Below, one piece after another: positions 17,330 through 24,024 of a DNA stretch of 33,260 bases (position 1 is its first letter; every line of letters begins with the position of its first letter). Source of the DNA: Aeromicrobium sp. (lineage in GTDB: Bacteria > Actinomycetota > Actinomycetes > Propionibacteriales > Nocardioidaceae); contig JALRKU010000385.1 in NCBI GenBank assembly GCA_023254755.1, positions 1 to 33,260 on the forward strand. Reading direction: 5' to 3'. Both the position numbers and the translations under genes were made by a program. The notes beneath the pieces were generated by a model, which was given only the letters and a program-made list of their open reading frames with translations, made no database searches and was not told the DNA's origin.

Positions 17330-18199
17330 ATGACGGTCCTGACCACGGCGCAAGCCCTCGCGACCCACGGTCGCGGCGCGGTGCGCCATCGCCTCGCGAC
17401 CCGCGCCTGGCAGAGCCCCACGCGAGGTGTCGTCGTCACCCACAGCGGACCGATCGACCGCGAGACGCGTCGTCTCGTCGTGCTGGCAGCGGCACCGAGC
17501 GGGAGCGTCCTCGCAGGTCTGACCGCGCTCGAGATCGCCGGGCTGCAGAACTTCGCCAGCGAGCGCGTCGTCATCGCCCTGCCCAACGGCGGGCGCAAGC
17601 CGCGCTCACTCACCGGGGTCGAGGCGCACCAGAGCATCCACCTCGGACCCGACGACGTCCTTCACCGCACACCGCCTCGCACCACACCCGCCCGATCGGT
17701 CATCGACGCTGCGTCGTGGACGACGTCCGACCGCCACGCGCGAGCGATCGTCATCTCGGCGATCCAGCAGGGCCTGATGTCCACCCACCAGATCAGGGAG
17801 GCGCTGCAACGACGTCCGACCCAGCGACGTCGAGGACTGGTGATCGAGTCCGTGCTCGACGCGGCGGGCGGGATCCAGTCGCTCCCCGAACGCGACTTCG
17901 AGGAGGCGCGGGTGCGCGCCGGACTGTCGCGGCCGATCCGGCAGCGCCGCGTGCAGGGGCCCGGCGGACGCTACTACCTCGACGTCTGGTTCGAGCTGGA
18001 GCAGCTGGCGGTCGAGATCCACGGCATCCCGCACCTGTCGGTCCAGCGCTGGGACGCCGACCTGTTCCGCGCCAACGAGATCGTCATCGGCGGAGACCGC
18101 ACCGTGACGTTCTCGTCGTACGCGGTGCGGCACGAGCGCGACGCCGTCGTCGACCAGCTGCGCCGAGCCGCCGCGGCCCCCCGCCCGCGCGCGGCGTGA
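17330..18199 (+). CDS. DUF559 / Vsr-like PD-(D/E)XK endonuclease-domain protein with AbiEi-like N-terminal region
   Basis: N-terminal RGVV...SVLAGLTALEIAG...TTPARSVIDAA typical of actinobacterial AbiEi-like/DUF559 proteins; C-terminal QSLPERDF..Q..YYLDVWF..LAVEIHGIPH..D..RAN; ATG 6 nt after CAGGCT. Confidence 0.8.
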   Translation: MTVLTTAQALATHGRGAVRHRLATRAWQSPTRGVVVTHSGPIDRETRRLVVLAAAPSGSVLAGLTALEIAGLQNFASERVVIALPNGGRKPRSLTGVEAHQSIHLGPDDVLHRTPPRTTPARSVIDAASWTTSDRHARAIVISAIQQGLMSTHQIREALQRRPTQRRRGLVIESVLDAAGGIQSLPERDFEEARVRAGLSRPIRQRRVQGPGGRYYLDVWFELEQLAVEIHGIPHLSVQRWDADLFRANEIVIGGDRTVTFSSYAVRHERDAVVDQLRRAAAAPRPRAA

Positions 18200-18203
18200 G
18201 GGG

Positions 18204-18310
18204 CACGGAGATCACGCACTTCGGGTAGCCAGGGGTACCCGAACTGCGTGATCCCCGTGGCCAACCTGCGTGAATTCCGTCCCCACCCCCGGGCGACGAA
18301 GGAGGGTCAG
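18204..18310 (-). repeat. Right inverted repeat with REP-like 44-bp palindrome (18210-18253)
   Basis: GATCACGCACTTCGGGTAGCCAGGGGTACCCGAACTGCGTGATC (40/44 identical to the left copy); TGCGTGAATTCCGTCC at 18267-18282 is the exact reverse complement of 17161-17176. Confidence 0.88.
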
Positions 18311-19614
18311 CTCAGCCAGGTGGGGCGCAGAGGCCAGGCGGCCTCGCCGGTCTGCGGGTCGACCTTGACGCCGAGGACGTGGTGCAGCTCGATCTCGTTG
18401 CGCTCGAACGCCAGGCGGGATCCGGCCATGTACAGGCCCCACACCTTGGCGCGGCCCACCGTGACCTCCTCGAGCGCGTCGTCCCAGTTCTCGACCAGGT
18501 TGCGGCACCAGTCGCGCAGCGTCATGGCGTAGTGCTCGCGCAGGTTCTCGACGTGACGCACCTCGAGGCCCGCGTCCTGGGCCGCGACCGTGATGCGTCC
18601 GACGCCGGTGAGCTCGCCGTCGGGGAACACGTAGCGGTCGATGAACGCGCCGGTCTGCGTGGTCTTGTTGTCGGGGCGCGTGATGCAGTGGTTGAGCATG
18701 CGGCCGCCGACCTTGAGCCGCGACTCGATGAACTGGAAGTACGCCGGGTAGTTCTTGACCCCGATGTGCTCGGTCAGGCCGATCGAGCTCACCGCGTCGA
18801 AGCCGGTCTCGACCACGTCGCGGTAGTCGCCGAAGCGCACCTCGGCCAGGTCCTGCAGGCCCTGGCGCTCGATCTCGGCCTGGGCCCATGCGGCCTGCTC
18901 GCGGGACAGCGTCACCCCGATGACCTTGACGCCGTAGTGCTTGGCCGCGTGGCGGACCATGCCACCCCAGCCGCAGCCGATGTCGAGCAGCCGCTGACCC
19001 GGCTTGAGGTCGAGCTTGCGGCAGATCAGGTCGTACTTCTCGTACTGCGCCTGCTCGAGCGTGGAGTCGAGCTCGGGATAGCAGGCGCAGGTGTAGGTCA
19101 TCGACGGACCGAGGACCAGCTCGTAGAAGCGGTTCGAGACGTCGTAGTGGTGGTGGATCGCCTCGGCGTCGCGCTTCTTGTTGTGCCGCAGGCCCTCGAA
19201 CGCGCGCCGCCACTTCGGCAGGTGCTCCTCGGCGGGCGGCGTCGGGGGCTTGAGGTTGCCGAAGCCCAGGCTGCGCACGATCTGCAGCATCTCCGGCGCC
19301 GACGGCACCTTGAAGCGCAGCTGGCTCATCAGCAGCTTCATCACCTCGTACGGGTCGCCGGGGTGCACGCCGTCGACCTCGAGGTCGCCCGACACGTAGG
19401 CGCGGGCGAAGCCGAGGTCACCGGGTGCGGTCATCAGGTAGGCGAGGCCTCGCTCGGAGACCAGGCGCAGCGTGATCGGCGAGTCCTCGGGTCCGGCCGT
19501 GCTGCCGTCGAAGGCCTCGAAACGGAACGCCAGGCCGTCCTTCATCAGGCGTTCCAGCGCCTGGGCGATCGTCAGCCGCGTGCCGAGCTCGGACTTGTCC
19601 TCGAGGAGAGTCAT
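18307..19614 (-). CDS. cfa: Cfa-family SAM-dependent fatty acyl methyltransferase (BfaB/TmsB-like, 10-methylene-stearate formation)
   Basis: GDLGFARAYVSG, AIHHHYDVSNRFY, SMTYTCA, LLDIGCGWG, SIGLTEHIG, FIDRYVFPDG, ENLREHYA; ATGA overlap with the upstream reductase. Confidence 0.92.
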   Translation of the reverse strand: MTLLEDKSELGTRLTIAQALERLMKDGLAFRFEAFDGSTAGPEDSPITLRLVSERGLAYLMTAPGDLGFARAYVSGDLEVDGVHPGDPYEVMKLLMSQLRFKVPSAPEMLQIVRSLGFGNLKPPTPPAEEHLPKWRRAFEGLRHNKKRDAEAIHHHYDVSNRFYELVLGPSMTYTCACYPELDSTLEQAQYEKYDLICRKLDLKPGQRLLDIGCGWGGMVRHAAKHYGVKVIGVTLSREQAAWAQAEIERQGLQDLAEVRFGDYRDVVETGFDAVSSIGLTEHIGVKNYPAYFQFIESRLKVGGRMLNHCITRPDNKTTQTGAFIDRYVFPDGELTGVGRITVAAQDAGLEVRHVENLREHYAMTLRDWCRNLVENWDDALEEVTVGRAKVWGLYMAGSRLAFERNEIELHHVLGVKVDPQTGEAAWPLRPTWLS

Positions 19615-20969
19615 GAGTTGCGTACCGCCTTCTCGTACAGGGTGCTCAGACGTGCGTCGGGGTCGTACCTCCGGCGGACGGCGGCGAGCACCTCGCCGCC
19701 GTACATCGACTCGAACGTGTCCTGGTCGTAGAACGCCTCCGAGTACAGGGACTTGTGGCCGTCGAGGCCGTGGACGGCCTCCTCGATCCGACGGTTGACC
19801 CAGCCGTCGGGCGCGTCGGCCGGGACGACGACCGTGCCCCAGAAGCCGACGTTGACGTAGATCTCGCCGGTCTGCAGCGGGTACACCGGCCACGGCCTGG
19901 TGGTCCGCAGCGGGCACAGCCAGACGGGCCGCATGCCCACCTCGGCGTCGAACCAGTCGATGAACTCCGGCAGCCGCTCCAGCGGCACCTCGATGTCCTG
20001 CACGACCCGTTCGCGTCCCGGCACCTTCTTGAGGCGGTCGAGCGTGCGGATGATGCCGAAGCGCTCGTCGAGCCCGACGATCTTGTGGAACACGTCGCTG
20101 CGCCGCCAGCGGCGCGGCCAGAGCCGCCGCACGAGCGGGTTCTGCGCGCCGAACGCGCCGGAGCACCAGAACCAGTCGGTGTCCCAGCGCCACAGGTAGT
20201 CGTACATCGTGAGCGCGTCGGACTCGCGCTGCTGGATCGAGCGGTAGTAGATCTGCTGACCCGTGTAGTCGCTGGTCTGGTGCGGCCGGTCGGTGAAGTG
20301 CGCGAGCGTCAGGTAGACCTCGTCGGGGCTGAACGCCGTGCCGTCGAGCCCGTCGACGCGCTGGTTGAGGTACTCCCCGGTGGCCGCGACCTCCCCGATG
20401 ACCTTGACCGCCGCGGCGACGTCGGGCACCTGCACGTGGCGCAGCGTCACGTAGGGCGGCACCTTCTCGAGCCGGATGCGCAGCCGGGTGGCGTAGCCCA
20501 GCGAGCCGTACGAGTTCGGGAACGCCTCGAACAGGTCGGCGTGCTCGTTGTCGGGGGTCGCGGTGACGACCTCGCCGCCGCCGGTGAAGACGTCCATCTC
20601 GAGGACCGACTCGTGGGGCAGTCCGTTGCGGAACGACGTGGACTCGATGCCGAGTCCGGTGACCGCGCCACCGAGCGTGATGGTGCGCAGCTGCGGCACC
20701 ACGAAGGGGATGAAGCCGTGCGGCAAGGTGGCGTCGACGAGGTTCTCGTAGGTGCACATGCCCTGGACGTCGGCGGTGCCCGCCTCGGTGTCGATCGCGA
20801 TGACGCCGTCGAGGCCCGAGACGTCGAGTCCGGGAGCGTCGGAGACGGTCCGGGGACGGAAGAGGTTCGAGGTCCGCTTCGCGAGGCGGACCCGCTTGCC
20901 GGGCGGGATCGCTGCGTACGACGCTGTCAGGCGGTCGACCGCCTCCTGATGAGAGTCCCAGCCCTTCAC
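19611..20969 (-). CDS. FAD-binding oxidoreductase (BfaA/TmsA-like, DHCR24-like)
   Basis: LAKRTSNLFRPR, VVPQLRTITLGGAVTGLGIESTSFRNG, PNSYGSLGY, YLWRWDTDWFWCS, GHKSLYS; GTG 20969 lies 7 nt after TAGCGT (alternative GTG 20978). Confidence 0.92.
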   Translation of the reverse strand: MKGWDSHQEAVDRLTASYAAIPPGKRVRLAKRTSNLFRPRTVSDAPGLDVSGLDGVIAIDTEAGTADVQGMCTYENLVDATLPHGFIPFVVPQLRTITLGGAVTGLGIESTSFRNGLPHESVLEMDVFTGGGEVVTATPDNEHADLFEAFPNSYGSLGYATRLRIRLEKVPPYVTLRHVQVPDVAAAVKVIGEVAATGEYLNQRVDGLDGTAFSPDEVYLTLAHFTDRPHQTSDYTGQQIYYRSIQQRESDALTMYDYLWRWDTDWFWCSGAFGAQNPLVRRLWPRRWRRSDVFHKIVGLDERFGIIRTLDRLKKVPGRERVVQDIEVPLERLPEFIDWFDAEVGMRPVWLCPLRTTRPWPVYPLQTGEIYVNVGFWGTVVVPADAPDGWVNRRIEEAVHGLDGHKSLYSEAFYDQDTFESMYGGEVLAAVRRRYDPDARLSTLYEKAVRNS

Positions 20970-21036
20970 GGATTCCACGCTACTCCCGTGATCGCGGGCA
21001 CATCCTCGGGGGGATGATTGCGGGACGCAACAGACG

Positions 21037-21699
21037 TCAGTCGAGCTGCCAGACGAGCACCTCGCCGGCCGTTCCGGCCCACGACAGGTCGTAGGGCCCG
21101 GCCCCCGTCAGGCGCGCCTCGTCGCCCGCGTCCAGACGGTGGTCGCGCAGGAGGACCGACCCGCGGGTGACGAGCACCAGGCCTCGGGGGGTCGCCGGGA
21201 CCAGCACCGCCTGCTCGCGCTCGAGCCGCACGACGCCGAGCCGCCCGGGCGCGTGCACGTCGACCGTGGGCTGCAGGACACCGGTCCGGTCGGCGACCTC
21301 GGCCGCCGCGTACTCGGGAGCGCCCCCGCGGTCGGACGCGAGCATCATCTGGACGAACACGAGGCGCTCGGTCTCGGACGCGTTGACCTCGGAGTGCTCG
21401 GCGCCGTCGCCCGCACTGAGTCGCTGGGCGGTCCCCGGCGAGACGACGCCTCCGCCACCCGCGGAGTCCTCGTGCCGCAAGGTTCCCTCGAGGACCCAGG
21501 TGACGATCTCGACGTCGCTGTGGCGGTGCGCGGCGTAGCCGGCACCCGGGTCGAGGGTCTCGGTGTTGACCGCGCGGACGGGGCCGAAGCCGACGTTGTC
21601 GGGGTCGTAGTGGGCGCCGTAGGAGAAGCTGTGGCGGGTGCTCTTGCCGTCGCCCTCGGTGAGGTAGCGGTCGGCGGCGCGGCGGATCTCGATGCTCAC
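21037..21699 (-). CDS. Pirin-like protein (YhhW/YhaK type)
   Basis: HSFSYGAHYDPDNVGFG, HRHSDVEIVTWVLEG, SAGDGAEHSE; GTGA overlap with the upstream gene. Confidence 0.88.
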   Translation of the reverse strand: MSIEIRRAADRYLTEGDGKSTRHSFSYGAHYDPDNVGFGPVRAVNTETLDPGAGYAAHRHSDVEIVTWVLEGTLRHEDSAGGGGVVSPGTAQRLSAGDGAEHSEVNASETERLVFVQMMLASDRGGAPEYAAAEVADRTGVLQPTVDVHAPGRLGVVRLEREQAVLVPATPRGLVLVTRGSVLLRDHRLDAGDEARLTGAGPYDLSWAGTAGEVLVWQLD

Positions 21700-22046
21700 G
21701 CGTATCCCAGCTCGTGCAGTCGGGCGTCGTCGATGCCGAAGTGGTGGGCGATCTCGTGGACGACGGTGATGCCGACCTCGTCGACCACGTCGGCCTCGGT
21801 GTCGCAGATCGCGAGGGTCGGGTTGCGGAAGACCATGATCCGGTCGGGCAGGGCGCCGGCGTAGGTCGAGTCGCGCTCGGTGAGGGGCACGCCGTCGTAG
21901 TAGCCGAGCAGGTCGGGGTCGTCGGCGGGCGGGTCGTCCTCGACGAAGAGGACGACGTTGTCCAGCAGCGCCGCGAGCTCGGGCGGCAGCTCGGCGAGGG
22001 CCTGCTCGGCCAGCTCGGCGAAGCGCTCGTGGCTGACCTCGACCAT
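21696..22046 (-). CDS. Minimal zincin metallopeptidase (Zincin_1/DUF1025)
   Basis: LLGYYDGVPL, LPDRIMVFRNP, VVHEIAHHFG (HExxH); ATG 6 nt after CAGGAT. Confidence 0.92.
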   Translation of the reverse strand: MVEVSHERFAELAEQALAELPPELAALLDNVVLFVEDDPPADDPDLLGYYDGVPLTERDSTYAGALPDRIMVFRNPTLAICDTEADVVDEVGITVVHEIAHHFGIDDARLHELGYA

Positions 22047-22094
22047 GCGCCCATCCTGCCGGACGCCGAGGCACCTAGAATGAGCCGCGTCCCG

Positions 22095-22170
22095 GCCCCC
22101 GTCGTCTAGCGGCCTAGGACGCCGGCCTTTCACGCCGGTAGCGCGGGTTCGAATCCCGTCGGGGGTGCCA
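22095..22170 (+). tRNA. tRNA-Glu (anticodon TTC), CCA encoded
   Basis: Cloverleaf: acceptor GCCCCCG/CGGGGGT, D-arm GTCTAGCGGCCTAGGAC, anticodon loop CT-TTC-AC, T-loop GGTTCGAATCC; TAGAAT -10 at 22076-22081. Confidence 0.97.
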
Positions 22171-22555
22171 CGAGCTCTGCGAGGGGCACGCCCGACGGGA
22201 TTCGGGAGGAGCACCCGCGGCCGGAGGCCGCCATGACAGACCGCGGCGCAGCCGCTCCGCGGCGACGGATCCCGTCGGGGGTGCTTCGCCCCCTGTGGGG
22301 TGTGCCTTCGGCCGCAGGCCCGACGCGCACCTCACAGGGGGCGAAAACTCGTCCAACGCTGCGATTCGAGGAGGAGCGAGCGCAGCGAGCGACGGAGTCC
22401 CGTCGGGGGTGCCACGAGCTCTGCAAGGGGCACGCCCGACGGGATTCGGGAGGATCGCCCGCGGCCGGAGGCCGCCATGACAGAGCGCAGCGCAGCCGCT
22501 CCGCGGCGACGGATCCCGTCGGGGGTGCCAGGAGCTCTGCGAGGAGCCGGAGGCC
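22154..22555 (+). repeat. tRNA-linked repeat array (A-B-A-partial); each unit starts with the tRNA 3' end
   Basis: TCCCGTCGGGGGTGC at 22154, 22270, 22398 and 22514 (spacing 116/128/116); the two A units differ at 5 of 116 positions. Confidence 0.9.
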
Positions 22556-22593
22556 AACGCCGCCGCTTCACCACGACCTGGGAGCATGGACCC

Positions 22594-22896
22594 GTGCCAG
22601 GCACTCACACCCCCGAGCAGCAGGAGGCGTACAACCGCGTCCGGCGGCGGGTCTCCGCGCTGGGGTTCTTCGCGGTGGCGATCCACGGCGTGCTGGGACT
22701 GATCGTCGTGGCGCACCACGTGGTCGACGAGCCGGGACGGCGGGGAGACGCGGCGGCGCTGCTGGTGATGTCGGGCGTGGTCGCGGCCCTGACGTACACC
22801 GGCGTGCGTCTGATCCTCGGAGCGCGGTGGTTCCACCCGCTGTGGCTGGCGCTCGCGGCGGTGCCCACCGTCGTCGGCTTCTTCTGGGTGCTGTGA
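22594..22896 (+). CDS. Small hypothetical membrane protein (3 TM, 100 aa)
   Basis: GTG 6 nt after GAGCAT; three hydrophobic helices; GC3 bias. Confidence 0.7.
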   Translation: MPGTHTPEQQEAYNRVRRRVSALGFFAVAIHGVLGLIVVAHHVVDEPGRRGDAAALLVMSGVVAALTYTGVRLILGARWFHPLWLALAAVPTVVGFFWVL

Positions 22897-22932
22897 CGCG
22901 CTGACGTCCGACGCGTGCGCCACGATGGGGTG

Positions 22933-23979
22933 ATGGCGGCACGGTCGTGGATCCTCCACGTCGACATGGACATGTTCCTGGCGGCGGTCGAGATCCAGCG
23001 CCGTCCCGAGCTGGCGGGCAAGCCGCTGATCGTGGGCGGCCGCGGCGACCCGACCGAGCGGGCGGTCGTGTCGACGGCGTCGTACGAGGCGCGGGAGTTC
23101 GGCGTCCGATCGGGCATGCCGCTGCGGGTCGCGGTGCGCAAGTGTCCTGAGGCGATCCTCCTCCCGGTCGACTTCCCGGTGTACGAGGCGGCGTCCGAGC
23201 GGGTCATGGCGGCGCTCCGCGCGTACCCGGGCGCCGTCGTGCAGGTGCTCGGCTGGGACGAGGCCTTCGTCGGCCTGACCGTCGACGACCCCGTCGCGGC
23301 TGCGCGCGATCTGCAGCGCACCGTGCTCGAGGCCACGGGCCTGCACTGCTCGGTGGGGGTCGGCGACACCACCACGCGCGCCAAGATCGCGACCGACTTC
23401 GACAAGCCGCGAGGCGTGTTCGTGCTGACGCGCGACAACTGGCTGGAGGTCATGGGCGAACGGCCGGTCACGTCGCTGTGGGGTGTCGGCCCCCGCATCG
23501 CCGAGCGGTTGAACCGCCTCGGCATCGAGACCGTCCACCAGCTCGCCGCGAGTCCCGAGGAACCGCTGGCGGCCGAGTTCGGTCCGAACACCGGCCCGCA
23601 CATCGGTCGACTCGGACGTGGATGGGGTGCCACGAGCGTCGACGACACGCCCTGGGTCGCGCGGGCGCACGGACACGAGACCACGTACCAGCAGGACCTC
23701 ACCGACCCGGCCGACATCGACGCAGCCGTCCGAGTCCTGGCCGGTCAGGTCGCCGAGGACCTTCGCGCCGAGGGCAGGGCCTGCCAGCGCGTGCACCTGA
23801 AGGTCCGGTTCGCTCCGTTCTTCACCACGAACCGCAGCCGCAAGCTGGCCGAGCCCACGTTCGACGCCGACGTCGTGGCCGACACGGCCCTCGACCTGCT
23901 CGCCCGCCTCGACGACTCTCGCCCCGTCCGCCTGCTCGGCGTCCGGGGCGAGATGGTGCCGCCCGAGGGCGGCTACTGA
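22933..23979 (+). CDS. dinB: DNA polymerase IV (Y-family)
   Basis: ILHVDMDMFLAAVE, STASYEAREFGVRSGMP, GWDEAF, AKIATDFDKPRG, LWGVG, VRLLGV. Confidence 0.95.
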   Translation: MAARSWILHVDMDMFLAAVEIQRRPELAGKPLIVGGRGDPTERAVVSTASYEAREFGVRSGMPLRVAVRKCPEAILLPVDFPVYEAASERVMAALRAYPGAVVQVLGWDEAFVGLTVDDPVAAARDLQRTVLEATGLHCSVGVGDTTTRAKIATDFDKPRGVFVLTRDNWLEVMGERPVTSLWGVGPRIAERLNRLGIETVHQLAASPEEPLAAEFGPNTGPHIGRLGRGWGATSVDDTPWVARAHGHETTYQQDLTDPADIDAAVRVLAGQVAEDLRAEGRACQRVHLKVRFAPFFTTNRSRKLAEPTFDADVVADTALDLLARLDDSRPVRLLGVRGEMVPPEGGY

Positions 23980-23989
23980 GCCAGGGTCA

Positions 23990-24024
23990 GTGACTCGTCA
24001 GCGTGAACCAGTGACTCGTCAGCG
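23990..24024. repeat. Second locus of the 21-bp GTGACTCGTCAGCG repeat (2 units)
   Basis: GTGACTCGTCAGCGTGAACCA-GTGACTCGTCAGCG; the second unit contains the stop codon of the AIM24 gene (TCA at 24019-24021). Confidence 0.85.

Larger units (their letters stand above)
17095..18310. mobile_element. Putative nuclease-carrying element: DUF559/Vsr-like gene between long imperfect terminal inverted repeats
   Basis: The left flank (17095-17233) and the reverse complement of the right flank (18210-18310) share, in order, CTGACCC..TCGTCGCC, GGACGGAATTCACGCA and a 44-bp palindrome. Mobility itself is inferred. Confidence 0.6.

Noticed and set aside
18307-20757. 816-aa ORF suggesting a reductase-methyltransferase fusion
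   Set aside because: The upstream part is an off-frame shadow of the FAD oxidoreductase; the real genes overlap by ATGA at 19611-19614.
22154-22555. tRNA-linked array as CRISPR or as a prophage/genomic-island attR
   Set aside because: Intervening segments are about 100 nt and two are near-identical; no integrase or phage gene is nearby and no foreign cargo lies between the tRNA-end copies.
22233-22904. 223-aa and 198-aa ORFs running through the tRNA repeat array
   Set aside because: They are translations of non-coding repeats; only the 3' membrane-protein part from GTG 22594 looks coding.
23624-23637. 14-nt match GGGGTGCCACGAGC inside dinB to the tRNA-end/unit-A junction
   Set aside because: It lies in-frame in an intact coding region, and a 14-mer match to some part of a GC-rich array is plausible by chance.
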